A DNA stretch of 64,000 nucleotides from Chara braunii (GCA_003427395.1 BFEA01000005.1:6929495-6993494); one strand, 5' to 3'; positions 37,648 through 51,625 are shown, counted from the stretch's first letter. Made by a program: numbers and translations. The notes: generated by a model from the letters alone, not told the origin.

Positions 37648-40247
37648 GTGATAGGAGCAACTCTTCCATATGAAGAGCTTGGCCCTGTCGCTATCCCTCC
37701 TGCCAAGACCTTGCAGGCCTCCTTGCCTGAGGCCCTGCAGGTTTTGCCTACTTGAAGCTTAACGGGCCTAACTTGTTGGCCCTGCCCTGGCCACGGTTTG
37801 ATTGCTCACCCAACCGGGTAGGCTCCAACATTAGCCTCTCGCCCCCTTTTCGTGGTCGGCTATCCATCGGTAGCCTGAGCGATCACCCATATCCGACACA
37901 ACCCTCTATTTAGCCTACTTAGACCCTGAAAGCAGCCGCGCGGCATTATTTTCAATCGAATAGGTCTAGCTTCACCATTTCCATGTCCGCGTGCCGTCGC
38001 GGCCCTGTGAAAAACCGCCAACTACCGCCATTACTCTCGGACGCCGTAAGCATCTGGACTAATTTTCTAAAAGTTTTAGTCTCTCAGTCATAAGCTTAGT
38101 CTGAATAAACTTTTGGCAAACGTCAATCCCATCAAGTCGGACTCCCTCAATTCAACGACAAAGTCGGAAGGTGTCCGACATTGTAAATCCCTGGCAAATA
38201 TCAGGGTATTTGCCTCGACAAAGCGATTGAAAATTTGGTCGGCAGTCGGGAATTCTGGAATATGTGTCCTCGCTTCCCGCTAACGTGTCCTTTCTTGCAA
38301 ATGAATGTTCCTAAATTCGCCCTTGAAGGCTCTGTGAACTTTTAGTAGGATCTGAATAGACATAAAAATTTTCCTACGCCCAGTCTCGAGCGTGGATATC
38401 ATGTTTGAGTTTGTCAATCTTGAATTAGCTTTAGAACTGGGATGAACGAAACGTGACTGTTTTGGTGCCTTTTTGTTTCTGTGCCAGCACCATGTATGCA
38501 AACTTCCCTCACTTCGTACCATCCTTACGCTATTTTTGCTTCTCCATCCGTAATTGTTTTCCATCCCCTCTCCCGACACGCTTCTCTCTCGCTCCTCGTC
38601 TGAATCTTGGTCCCCCTTTGCACTAGTCTTTGCGCTCTCCTTCTTCCCGTCTTTAGGGACTCCCTACCGATCCCCCCCCTCATGGTACTCAAACCATCAG
38701 GTGAAATCGTGAAAGGAGGAAACACCCCTCACACTGTAGTCTGATTGGCTGCAAGAAACCCACCTCCACCTCGCTCCCATCTTCTATCCTGAACGATTTA
38801 CCCAAACTCTCCCTTTGCCTCCTTCTACCTCCACCCTGTTCCTTCCCATCTTCTATCCCCCTCGTAGCAACTATAAAATTCGTAAGCGCATCCGAAAAAC
38901 TCTCTCTCAACCCATCTGCCAGCTTTGGGGAAGTCGTGGCTAGATGATGTGTATAATGTAAGGCAAGTGGAAAAGTCCTTACGAGCTAACTGTAGTTTTG
39001 CAAGGCTGTGCGCCTGATGGTCGCGAAGGAGTGCAGAATCTGGGCAAGTCCGTATAAAAGCGGACTTGGCGGGGTGACAATTGTTGTGGGGTGAGGCTGG
39101 TGTGTGGCAGTCTGGATTGCCAGTACCAGGGTAAGGAAGGTGTGTGTACGAGTGGTTGTATGGCCCGAGGCCATAGTCAGAGAGTAGGAAGTTGCGCGCC
39201 TTCGATCTTCGATTCCTCCTTTTCTTATATTGGAAGCTAAGTTTACGGCGGATCGCCGGTTTTTGTTTCAAGATCTACCAATGTGCTCACAACTCCTCCC
39301 TTGTCTTAGTCCCCTTACAACTCCGTTTATCTCCTTGACCTCAACTTCCTTTTCTCTCTCTATCTTTTTGATATTTTATTTTTTCATAGATGGTTTGATA
39401 CTCTCTCATCCCTATCAACTCTCGAGGTCCTTTCTTGCTCGTCTCATTGGATTCAATCAGATCTCGCAAAATTGAGTATTGTTGGATAGAAAGATACTAA
39501 CGGGAACATGCGATCTTATTTCGTCCCTCTTTCTGCTCCTCGATATTCGATGGTTAATACATGAGTGATCTCTCACACACATGTATTGATTGATTTTTTA
39601 CTCCGATGATGGGAACAAAACAAAAATCTGATGTGATCACTTCGATGCATACTTAACTATTCGCACGAGTAAAGAATGGTCGTTCCCTCGACTGATTGGA
39701 TTGTATGGACCTATGCATTGGATTTGTTTGCATGATGGGTGGAAGATATATTTGTTCCTTTTCGAATAACTGATTGATTAGACATACTCGATCAGCCTCG
39801 CTAATGCCATGTGGACCGATTGCCCCAATCCGTGTGGGCATCGACTTCCTGTATCCCCGCCATGCCTATTCACGTACAACGAGGAAAGGACACGTGTGTG
39901 TGAGTGGTATGTACGAGAAGTCATCGCCAAGATTGGTGGACGCTACTATTTCTCTCTCGAAACAAGGTGCTAAGGATTCGTACGCGCTGGTTTTGTCATT
40001 ATTGATACTCACTTTCCCCCGTACTCATTGTTATTCCCTTTTAACGACTTGATGGTCATCTCGTGGACGACGGTGACACCTCATTGGCCCAACAGTTTGT
40101 GTAGCGATTGTCGCTGCACATAGCATTATCGGGAAAAGTGGTTCCATTACCGGACATGTAGCGAGGACGAACACAAGGAAAGAGCGACCAAATTGAGGCC
40201 ATCCACATCCGATTCTGAACTTCGTAACGAACGGTGGTTGGGCTTAC

Positions 40248-40516
40248 ACCACCAGTACTTGGCCCAGCTATTGGCCGCGGGCCTTCCCCGTTGACACCTT
40301 CGAGGGTCGGCCAAGGGAAAGGCCCGGTCGCTGCTGTAAGGTCGGGCCCAGGTACTGTTGGCATCAGACAAATAACGTGAACGAAAACTGAAAAAATATA
40401 TATATATATATATAAAAACAAAGAAAAGAAAACGAGATACGAAGACAAAGAAAACATAGAAAAGGAACAGGTGAAAACAAAAAGACCTACGGGAGGGAGG
40501 GAGGGAGGGAGGGAGG

Positions 40517-40599
<83 letters not shown>

Positions 40600-41212
40600 N
40601 NNNNNNNNNNNNNNNNNNNNNNNNNNNNNNNNNNNNNNNNNNNNNNNNNNNNNNNNNNNNNNNNNNNNNNNNNNNNNNNNNNNNNNNNNNNNNNNNNNNN
40701 NNNNNNNNNNNNNNNNNNNNNNNNNNNNNNNNNNNNNNNNNNNNNNNNNNNNNNNNNNNNNNNNNNNNNNNNNNNNNNNNNNNNNNNNNNNNNNNNNNNN
40801 NNNNNNNNNNNNNNNNNNNNNNNNNNNNNNNNNNNNNNNNNNNNNNNNNNNNNNNNNNNNNNNNNNNNNNNNNNNNNNNNNNNNNNNNNNNNNNNNNNNN
40901 NNNNNNNNNNNNNNNNNNNNNNNNNNNNNNNNNNNNNNNNNNNNNNNNNNNNNNNNNNNNNNNNNNNNNNNNNNNNNNNNNNNNNNNNNNNNNNNNNNNN
41001 NNNNNNNNNNNNNNNNNNNNNNNNNNNNNNNNNNNNNNNGGTGACCTGCACGGAACTCCGTGGCAAAGTCGCCGCCTCTCTCTCTCTCTCTGTCTCTCTC
41101 TCTCTCTCTCTCTCCCTCTCTCTCCCTCTCTCTCTCTCTCTCGTGCGCCTTGCCAAGTGCAAAACAGGAAGGAATTTTCCTGCGAAAGCAGGAAGATGCA
41201 TTCCCTATTCCC

Positions 41213-41294
<82 letters not shown>

Positions 41295-41566
41295 CGTCCG
41301 CACTGCAATAAAAGTTGAACGGATTGTTTTCTCGTGATTTCTTTTTTTTTTTCTATTGTTTCTTTTCTTTTTCCTTTCGTTTCTTTCGTTTTCTTTTTCG
41401 GCTTATTTTTGTCAGAATGGCGTTTAGTTTATTTTGTTCTCTTTTTTGTCCCCCCTCTTCCCGGAGAGGTCTGGGAAGGCAGCGCTTGGTACTCCGAGCC
41501 TCGGCACGGCTTGGCGTACCGGTCTGCCAAGGCTCCGACCCGATAGCTGGGCCAAGTACTGGTGGC
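40248..41566. mobile_element. TTAA-flanked non-autonomous TIR element spanning an N gap
   Basis: 24-bp TIRs ACCACCAGTACTTGGCCCAGCTAT (1 mismatch); flanks TTAC and TTAA. Confidence 0.75.
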
Positions 41567-42692
41567 TTAATTCAAAAGAACATCCCACGAGCGTACCCTC
41601 GCCTTTCCATTCGAAAGACGTCCAGTAGCTCGCATGGAATTTCAAAGATACTTTTTGGATTGAACGAACGTTTGAAAGCAGTGTGCACTATTTGTTTCCC
41701 ACGCGGCTATGCCATGTCTCACTAAACCAAGACCACACGGGAGATTTCAGTTCCATCAGTGTCCCCACTCTCAATTTTCCAAAAATCCTTGGCACACCCC
41801 ATTTTGCTGTTCTTTCAGGGCCTATTCCGCATATTTTATTACTCTGACTAGAAGACAATACAGGGCGTGAGGTTGAACGTCACACCTGGACTTGGAAAAG
41901 AGAGAGAAAAAATGAAACACCAAGCAGTTAACGGTGTGAGAATAAGGGGCAGATCCCACCTCTTGTCTTTTTGGCAAGAAAGTTAAAAGAACCGGTTTTC
42001 CAGGGTCCATCCCACTCGCTCCGTGTTATAAAAATCGGATGCCACATGCCCACCAAACGCGGTTCTTGTGTTGAGGACGCGACTGGAAGTTGTGGGCGGC
42101 GAGGTAAACCTCCTTTTTGAGGTGTGTCCAGGCGGACACTTTCTGGGGTGCGTGTGGCGGCTCGTTATTGTGTGGCAGAATGTGTGCGGTCCAGTGTGGA
42201 AGTTGGCAGTACGGGCTGTCGCTCTCGTGCTGGGTCTAGGGGTCCCACCACCAGGCCCATGGCGGCAACCTGCACGGCGCTCATGAACTGTGTGCCCGGT
42301 GAACCTGCCCTCCTGCTACCGGTTCCTTCCGCCAAAGGTGCAGATGGGTATGCGGCTTCGCACAACCCGACCATCGCCGTTTTCTTGCTCACCTGCCTTC
42401 GCACAAGCCCACCACGCTCGCCTTCCGCGCGCACGCCAGCAGGGTTTTGTTGTTCGACTCGCCATCGTTGTGGGGTCTGTGAAGGACGAAGAGTTCATAT
42501 CGTTCAGCGAAGGTTGTACCACTTGTACCACTGTGTTCCGGAGCACATGTGCATATGCCATGTGTTCTTCCGCCTTTTCTCCGCTTCTTTCTTGAGTTTC
42601 GTTCACAAAGCGTCTGCCTCCGCTTCCAGCACGGACCCTCAACCGTGGAGTGATATCGTTTTCGTTCTTCTGAATTTGAACTGCTCTCTCTC

Positions 42693-42759
<67 letters not shown>

Positions 42760-42869
42760 NNNNNNNNNNNNNNNNNNNNNNNNNNNNNNNNNNNNNNNNN
42801 NNNNNNNNNNNNNNNNNNNCTCTCTCTCTCTCTCTCTCTCTCTCTCCTGTTTTTCCTTCCTTTGAACAC

Positions 42870-44170
42870 ATGACCCCCATCCATCTCGCCATGGTTCTTG
42901 CGGCCGTCATTCGATGGCTGCGAAAGAGGGACCACTTGTGCGTTATGTCTGCTATGATTTTCATGCATGCTGTGACGAGCATGGTTGCCTTGCACAATGC
43001 GACGACAATGGTGTTGGTCCTGGCGTACCACTTGTACGAAGATGATGGTGGGGCCGATGCTTTCAATCCGTTGGGTGGGATCCTACCAAAAAGACGGTTT
43101 TGGGTTCGAGAAAGAGTGGGTGGGACGTGGGAGGAGCTTAACATGGAAGGAGTGGGACATGAGAAGAAATTCCGGTAGTACACACGTCTAACGAAGCCCC
43201 TGTTCAACCAATTTTTGCAGCGGATCGCGCCAAGAATACAAAGGATGGACACTCAGTATTGACCGGCGTTGCCAGCTTCATTGAAGTTCGCTTTCGCACT
43301 ATACCGATGGGCGACCGGAGGCTATTACCAACAGTGTGGTAATGACTTTGGGCTGGGATTTCACAGCGCCATCAGATGCACAGACGATGTCGCAAGAGCT
43401 CTTTGTGCTGAGTACGGCATATGCTGTCTTGGTTGACCGGGGCTCGCCTGCGAGGTACATTGGATTACTATGAGGGTAAAGGATTCCCTGGTTGTTCCGG
43501 TGTGAGTGACTGTACATCCGGTGTGAGTGACTGTACACATATCCATATCGACAAGCCACGTGGCACCGAGGCTGAGCCGTACTTCGATAGGAATAGGCAG
43601 TACTCCCTAGTTGCGCAAGTGGTGTGTGATGAGAACCTGCACATTTTAGACGTCATCGTCGGGGTACCTGGCTCGGTGCACGATTCATGTGTCCTACGCC
43701 TGTCTGATCTGTACAAGCGCGGGGAGGAGGGGAGGGAGCCTTTCATTCGGAGGACGAACATCCTCATGGATGGTGTGGTGATGGGACGATATCTGATGGG
43801 TGACGCAGGGTATCCTATCCTTCTATGGCTGATGATTCCGCTTGGAGGACCTGAACGAACTGCAGAGGAAAGAGCGTTCGACAACAAGTTCTCCGCCCTC
43901 CGCAGTGCTATCGAAAGGTGCTTTGGCCGGTTGAAAGGAATGTGGCGTTGCTTTGGCCGGAAACAAATCGCTAATATGCGGAACGTGTGTTACCAGTTCT
44001 TTGCGTGTTGCATTCTGCACAACATTATCATCGATGCCGGCATCCCCGTCGACAAGGACTTGTTGCGCAGGGCAGGGAGGGGAGATGACGACGAAGACGA
44101 CGACGACGACGATGGACATGCAGGCGGGGNTGTTGACGAAGAGGAAGACGATGCGGGGGTTGAGCAATGA
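42870..44170 (+). pseudogene. PIF/Harbinger DDE transposase (HARBI1-like)
   Basis: Motifs RFWVRER, GFPGC..DCTHI, SLVAQVVCD, PGSVHDS, YLMGDAGYP and IERCFGRLKGMWR; stops and a frameshift in the 5' half. Confidence 0.93.
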
Positions 44171-44350
44171 CAAGAAGGGTCGTTGTTGTTTGCTAGCCAT
44201 TGCATACGCCGCGACTGCGCTGCGTTCCTCTGTCGTTCGCCATGCTCTCCATGTCTCAAGGGTTTTCCATGTAGACGGTGGTGCGCAGCAGTAGTAGGGG
44301 GTTCCTGGGGTTGTGCATGCGGTGAAAGGTCGTGGACAAGGACNCACATG

Positions 44351-44424
<74 letters not shown>

Positions 44425-46310
44425 NGACATTGAGATTCCATGTGCTTGCAATTGTGGAGTGCAGTCTGACTGTCCATGCTGCGTTTTTTGTGTGTCAATC
44501 GTGGAATACGGTCTGCCTGTTTTCAGTCAAATGAGAAGCATTCAATGAGGACATCTCAGGGAAAACAGACTTCGGATGTTGTGGTCCTCACGTGGTGACA
44601 ATTTCCGCATACGTCACAGTTATACCATGCTGTTTTTTTTGTTTTTTTTTTCGTTCAAGTACATGTATTGTATTGATCATTTGTGTTTTTCGGTCGGACC
44701 AGGGACTGCTGTTGATGCACTTCACCCACAAGTTTGCACAACAACAGCAGCAGTGCATCGAAGTGGTATGATGCAGGTGCCACCACGCCCTTGCCTGCGT
44801 GTTGTGTGCATCGATTACTTCTTCGTGTGGCACTCCAACAAGACGCCCTGTTTTGCCTTTTTTTTTTTTAGGATCGTTTTTGATTTTTTTTCCTTCCCTG
44901 CACTGCTTGTTGCCATGACAAGTATTGTTTCATCTCTCTCTCTCTCTCTCTGTGCTTGTACCATTTTGACAACCATAGCTGTGTACAACGACAATCGAAA
45001 CCGTGTACTGTGTCACACCTTTGATGTGCAGATACGATGTTCGATCATGGGTGGAGGGGGACGATAACATTGTGACTGGTGATTGGACACCTGTATTCCA
45101 AACACATATGAACACATAGAATAGCAACACACATTCCAGTCGAAGATGTGAAAGCGAAACACGAAAGATAAAGATGAACCACGTATAAAAAATTAAAAAT
45201 GCGATATACCCATGGAATCTTCCATGGTCATTCAAACATCAGCCATTGGTCGTTTCATCAGTTTGAGGACCCACGGAATCAAAAACATCATACTGAATAA
45301 AAACACCTGGCCGCTTCCACGTACCCATCAAGAGTGCAGGGGTGGTACTGCTACCCGCTGATCGACGCACCGACATTCAAACAAAAAATGGCCAGGCACA
45401 GGCGGCCATCCCCACTAAGAACAAAACCACCACACTATTTTTAACCCAGAGAACAAAAAATCCGAAGCTGAAAAAAAAAAAAAAAAAAAAAAATTCCGCT
45501 GGAGAGCAACTTCAAACGACTACCCCGAACACAGCACTACCGGAGGCCGCTCACGGAATTGGCCTCCATACACATGGCTCTCCTCAACTGATCAGCCACC
45601 GCCGTGACGTCACGGCGGTTGGTGTCCGGCGACACGACTGCCAGGCTGCCAGCGATGAAGGTGATCTGCTGTCCGCGGATACCCGCCTCTGCGGAGGTGT
45701 GCGTTGACCGCTGTCACGTTGCATGCGGCCCACTGACACTGTGACACTGGTGATGGTTCCTCCTCACCTGCAGCCGGGGCTCTGCACAGTTGTTACGAAA
45801 CTGTCAGGCTGTCCAGGGTTATGGTCACAACCCCCTTCATAAAGTGCTAATTGCTGCTGCAGGCGCAAAACTTCCTCCCTCAGGACAGCAGTAGATCGGT
45901 CCGCAGCTTCGGTCCTTGACACGGCCACACCTTCTATCATGTTTGCCTTCTCCACCTCGCCCTGCAGACGCTGCAGCTCCTCCACCATACTCGTGAACAA
46001 CACACCCTGCTTCCGTGCAAGCTCATGCGCTTGCTCAATGAGGCGCCTGTGGGTGAGCACGAAATCGCCCTCCATGTCTATAACCTCACCAACATCGCGC
46101 AGCGGAGAAGAAGACATGTGGCCACCACGCGTGGACGCTCCCTTTCAGGAATCCTGCAAGAAAGCAGTCAGGAATGCGACACGCAGATGGACGGGTGTCA
46201 GATCGTACTGCCGCACCCATGCACCCGTGTGGTGTATCCCATCAGTCCACAGAAAAAAAAAAGAAAAAAAAAAGGGGGAAGTATGTTTATGTCACATGGG
46301 AGTTTGTAAT

Positions 46311-46944
46311 GGGCACAAAAGACAGCCTTCGGCGTCTGTGTCAGGGCCTGAGTTCGAAAAGGCGTTCGTAACTCAAGGCCGGCAGTGGTGTCAGGGCGGA
46401 GTTCGAAAAGGCGGTTNTTTTTTTTTTTTTTGTCTGTCGCACGGCGCCGGGTCGTGACGCGGCTGAAAAAAAAAAGAAAAAAAAAGGAAGAAAGAAAAAA
46501 AAAGGTCGGGTTTGGCCGATACATCTCGGCCGTGGCCAATCTGGGGTGTGGCCGAGACATCTCGGCCGTGGCCAATCTGGGGTATCGGCTGTGGCCAATC
46601 TGCGGTGTGGCCCAGACATCTCGGCCGTGGCCAATCTGGGGTGTGGCCGACGAGACATCTCGGCCGTGGCCAATCTGGGGTGTGGCTGAGACATCTCGGC
46701 CGTGGCCAATCTGGGGTGTGGCCGACACAGCTTGGCGCAGCGCCACCGACCCAAGCCTCTGCACGGCGCGGAGCAGCGCTACAGACCAAAAGAAAAAGAA
46801 AAAAAAAAAAAAAGAAAGAAAGAAAAAGAAAAAACACAACCGCCTTTCCGAACTCCGCCCTGACACCACTGCCGGCCTTGAGTTACGAACGCCTTTTCGA
46901 ACTCAGACCCTGACACAGTCGCCAAAGGCCTGTTTTTCGTGCCT
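46311..46944. repeat. Foldback-like insert: ~105-bp inverted arms around a ~33-bp GC-rich minisatellite
   Basis: 46311-46416 is the near reverse complement of 46838-46944; about 6 copies of GACATCTCGGCCGTGGCCAATCTGGGGTGTGGCC lie at 46515-46725. Confidence 0.85.
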
Positions 46945-47241
46945 TTAGGAACTCAAAACATGCTGCGTCCGCCGTTGTTTCAAAAAAAAAACATAACTTT
47001 CAAATCCACAGAAATGCACACAACCAAACAGTATATGCCGAGGGTCTTTGTGGACGGATCACAAAGGCCACATGGCCACCAAACATGTGACATCAAATCT
47101 TCCGGCCGTCGTACATGACACCGTCACCGTCGCAGTGTGTGTTGGCCCCTGGAGGAACAAATGCAGGGTGTCCCGCCATCGCACCTGAAAGCATCGTGAA
47201 GCATTGCAGCAGCGTGCTGTTACCTTCTGCCATGGTCTTGT

Positions 47242-48244
47242 TCATCCCATCCATGGCCTGTACAAAACTCCCTGCGATCTTGTCAGCATGACGGTCATCG
47301 CTTCGGCAAGAGCATGTGCTATGCCAGCGAACGAACCTCCCCTCGAAGCGTCAGTCGAACTCTCTGGCACCGCTCGCCGATTATGGCCGCTCCCTCCCCC
47401 GGTCCTCCTAAACTTCGCCCCGTCAGTGCTGTCGCTGTCTGCTTTCCGCTGACTCCCTCCACTCTCGCTGCCGCCGCCGGTTTCATCGTCATCTGTCACC
47501 GTGTTGGTGTGCCCTCCCTGCAAATTGATGCTGTGCATCATGCCCTCACACGAGCCATCTGCCTTCCCAAGCTTCCATTGCAGAGCATCGAACATCTGTT
47601 TGTCGTAGGTTAATGGAAGGCCCGCCTCCTTTCTCTCCGAGCGTGACATGTCCCAGTAGCTCGGCTTGCCAGATTCGCCGGTGTAATTGTGGATCTTTTT
47701 CGCTTTGTTGAGAAGGCCAGAACTTCGACTCGCAGTCCTCCATGGTGCGTTTGGGGAATCCTTGTTCCACCATTTTGCCTGTTATCCAATCGTACTGAGT
47801 CTTCTCCCGTCTCCCCCTGATCTTCTGCCGCCCCCGCCTGCTTTGCTGCGTGCAGTCTTCCTCAAACAGCATCCTCACCAGTCCCATGCTCTCCTTCTCT
47901 GTCCAGTCGGGACCCCGAACTCTCGCCTTGCCCTTGTCTCGTCCCCCACGACCTCCCCCCTCTGCCCGTGTGGACCTTTTCACGCAATCCGGCTGTGGAA
48001 TGACGTCATCAGACTGCACACCCCCTTCGTCGTTGTCGATGTCTACAGTCGCACGTCCTCCAGCCTGGGTCCCTGCAATGTCAACGGGGGGTTCGGCGAA
48101 AGCATCGCCCATGCCGCCATCAATGATGGGATCTCCTCCATCATGACAATGGCTTCCCATCCCGACATCACCACTCCTGGCAGAGATGCCTGCCCCGACC
48201 ACAGGTGCAGAACCACGGTATAGTCCGCTGTCTGAAGAGTACAT
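47242..48244 (-). pseudogene. Harbinger Myb/SANT (trihelix-like) DNA-binding protein, frameshifted; a further exon may lie at 45764-46117
   Basis: GPDWTEKESMGLVRML...YDWITGKMVEQGFPKRTMEDCESKFW, followed by MSRSERKEAGLP in another frame; located inside the TIRs. Confidence 0.85.
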
Positions 48245-49851
48245 AAACTGCGGTCAAACCTGGGTGCTGTTCGGTGGTGCTGCTGCGAAAGATGGTGAAT
48301 GGACCCTTCCCCCCTCCTCCCCCCGACATGGAGTTCGCTGGAACTGCTGCGAAAGATGGTGACTGGACACCCCCNNNNNNNNNNNNNNNNNNNNNNNNNN
48401 NNNNNNNNNNNNNNNNNNNNNNNNNNNNNNNNNNNNNNNNNNNNNNNNNNNNNNNNNNNNNNNNNNNNNNNNNNNNNNNNNNNNNNNNNNCCGTTCACCA
48501 CTGGCCCCCGTACCATGCCCATCATGCACATACCCAACTTCACGTGCCATCCCCCATGCCGGATACGGTGATTGAATGCCAGCATTCAATCTTCCCATTC
48601 CTGAAGATCGCGGTGGTCCAAAACTCTGACTTCCCGCAAGGAGAGAGGTCATACTATGAGGCTCTTTCCCTGGACTATAGACAGAAGTGTGCAGGCAGGC
48701 AAAGGTGGCAAACCGTTCGGGAGGGATGTGGCGATGCGTGACATGGCCGATGATCGTGCTGTGGCGGACAATCCTACCAGCACCGGAGCGCCAGCGCCTG
48801 GGGTGGATGGCGGGACTTCCTGGAAGCCTGTGTCCATCAGAGGAGGTGACGGGGATGGTGATCGCCGTTGCACAGGGTGTCGAGAGTCCATACCTCTAAC
48901 AAAGTTGTGATCAGACGTTGCTATTGATGGGGACGCCGCCGCCGAGCTCCACGGAACGGAAATGCAGCGCCTGGGACGAGCTATGGATCGGATTGCAGAA
49001 CAACGGCCGTTCGATTCTGAAATCGAACTGCTCTGGCAATGCACGTGGCAGAAGCAGTGCTCTCCAGGCAATGCACGTGGCGAAAACGCGGGCATGTTCG
49101 AAATGCTGTGGCAGTGCTGGGAGCGGAAGAAGTGCTCTCCAGGCAATGCATGTGGTGAAAACGCGGGCACGTTGGAACTGCTCTGGCTGTGCACGTGGCG
49201 GAAGAAGTGCTCTCCTTACGAGTGGGAGACAAGCTGCGGGCACGATGAAATGGCACGACCAATCGAAGACCAGGGTTTGATGATGGACCACCGCTGGCAT
49301 CCGTCGAAAGTACCGCTGTTGCAGGAGGAGCACGACCGGTGTGCGGTGCCAGGCCCAGGGCCTCTTCTCCTTTTTCCTTCCTCAGGTAATTTTCCCCGCT
49401 TGGAGAGCCCGGTACCCACATTTGGGACATTGACCGCCAACGGTAGAACCCTCTTGGTTTTCCTCACGTCGCACACCTCTTTGGACCAGCGGACATTCCA
49501 ACACGATGATGCGGACATCAAAAAAAAAAAAAATCAAAAATACAACACCTTTTTCGGGGAAGGGTACGGGCGTGGTGTCTTTCGGGTTTCGCACGAAAAG
49601 CCTTGCCGCCAAATGCGCCCCGCACGCCACGTCCCAGGATGTTTCCACTTCCTTGAAAAAAGAGGGGCCCCTCCGCAAGAGATGGAAAGAGGTGGGATCC
49701 CAACAATTCCCTAAGAGTGCCTCGCCTACAAGAGGTGGGATCTGCCTCTAATCCTGTCCACAACTGAGCAGCCCTGTCCAAATAACCCATTAAATTTTAT
49801 TAAATGCATCTAGGGAACAAACAGAGCTTCAAAGATTCAAACATTGCTTAA

Positions 49852-50230
49852 ACGACCAGTACACCCATACATCGGCCGCGGGCCCCTTTCAGAGGCCGGT
49901 AAGGCTTCAGAGGGCGGCAATGGGATTTATAAACAGCGGTGCCGCCACGCCCGGCCGGACTTTTTTGGTGGGGCTGAGGAGTCTCTTTCTGCAAGGCTGG
50001 GGCCGTGTACTGGTGGTCTAAACCACCAGTACTTCCAAGGCACTTTTCTCCACGGCTGGAAACGCCCTGCGCACCGAAGAAAAATGAATCGGCGCACTTT
50101 TCTTTAGGCTGGTGTCACCAGCCATTTCGTTCTGTTACCCGAGCTCCTAAGAGCTTGGCACATTAACGCCCGGGCCAAAAACAAATAGCTGGCCCAAGTA
50201 CTGGTGGTTTAAAAACCACCAGTACTGTCC
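49852..50230. mobile_element. Tandem array of TTAA/ACCACCAG MITEs (49852-50017, 50022-50208, third starting 50215)
   Basis: Junctions GTACTGGTGGT-CTAA-ACCACCAGTAC and GTACTGGTGGT-TTAAAA-ACCACCAGTAC. Confidence 0.75.
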
Positions 50231-51625
50231 CCATCTATTGTTCCAACGCTTCCTTCGGGCTCAGCCTACTGAATGGAAAAGGCTGACAGCACCAGCCAAA
50301 ACAATTCTATTTTGCGCCTGCGCTGGTTTGAGAAAGCCCACTCCGCAGCAGAAATGGGCATGGGAAAAAGAGGGTCGAAAGTGCCGGAAGCTTTGTCCAG
50401 CCAAGGACTGGGAATTACCTGACCAAGCTGGAGGGCTGCCAGTTGCCATGGAGCATTCTTTGCGCTGTTGGTTCGGAGTATCTTCATCGCAGTTGAGTCT
50501 TCTCGCCGTTCTCGGTAGCTTCAGAGTATACTCCCACTAGGCCCTCAAAATCGCAAAATCCCCAAATCAGCGGCCAGATTGAGTCCTTGCAAAAGGAGGA
50601 GGACACTTGGCTGCTTACTTCGCGATTCTGCGATTTCGAGGATGTAGCGTGAGTATGTCCTCTCAGACCCACATTTTGATGATACCAGCTTTTAGCACAA
50701 AAGGAAATTTAAAGGGAAAAAGGGGAAAACAAAGGAATCTTCCAGTAAGGTGATTTGGCAGGTGGTACCTTTTTCTTCCTATTTTCTGTTGGAGACCTTA
50801 ATTGGCTAACCCCTCAACTGGCAAAGAGGGTTCGTGCGGAAAAACAGACTGCGTGAGAAATCTCAGCAGGGAGAAGGAAAGTTTGCCTTCAATTTCAGAA
50901 ATTACGCTGAGCACGTGTTGCTCCCCACTAATAGATTGGAGCATCGTCCCCAATTGAAAAAAAAAAAAGAAAAAGCAAAAAAAAGGCAACCAAGACTGAT
51001 GGCAGACTATACAATGTCCTTTTTCAAGTTGTTTTTTTGCACAATGAGAAGGATAAACCTTTAGGACACCAATGCACACCCACTGGCTGACTCGACCCCG
51101 ACAGAGTCGGTAAATTGCATAGGATTGGTTCGACAACTCCACTAGTGCAGTGTTGCAGTGTTTGAGGGACAAGGTCGAATGTTCGCAAGACATTATGGTG
51201 TTGGAGAGTTCTGGAGAGTTTCGTGTTCGTTTAATGTCGAGTTCACCTTAAACAAAGAAAAGAAAAAGGGAAAAGAAAAGGTGCTGGAGAGTTTGCTGGC
51301 CCAGGAGGTGAATAGTCTCTCTGTCTTGGAGAATTTGCACAAGGCAACCCTCCCGTGGTAGGTGGTCCAAAGGTGTCGAGGAGCAAGGAAGGCTCAAGAA
51401 GAAAGAAAAGAAACAACCCATGGTCGCGAAAAAATGATGCCGCTATGTGACAAACTGCCACCGGGTAAGGCGCAGCCTCCTGGCTGCGGGGGGGGAAAAA
51501 GAAGAAAAAACATGGTTGTACCGAGGAGGCCAGAGGCTGCTCCCTGTACTTGGACTTTCGCAGAAAGGAGTTGGCACGAATTACGTAAGGCCCGTGATGC
51601 TGTATTTCGGCACAGATTCCATGAA

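Larger units (their letters stand above)
41946..49748. mobile_element. Full-length PIF/Harbinger DNA transposon (decayed)
   Basis: 21-bp TIRs G(G/A)GGCAGATCCCACCTCTTGT; TAA TSD on both sides (41943-45, 49749-51); convergent DDE transposase and Myb/SANT genes. Confidence 0.95.

Noticed and set aside
46515-46725. CRISPR-like array of ~33-bp repeats
   Set aside because: The repeats are contiguous with no unique spacers, there are no cas genes, and the context is eukaryotic.
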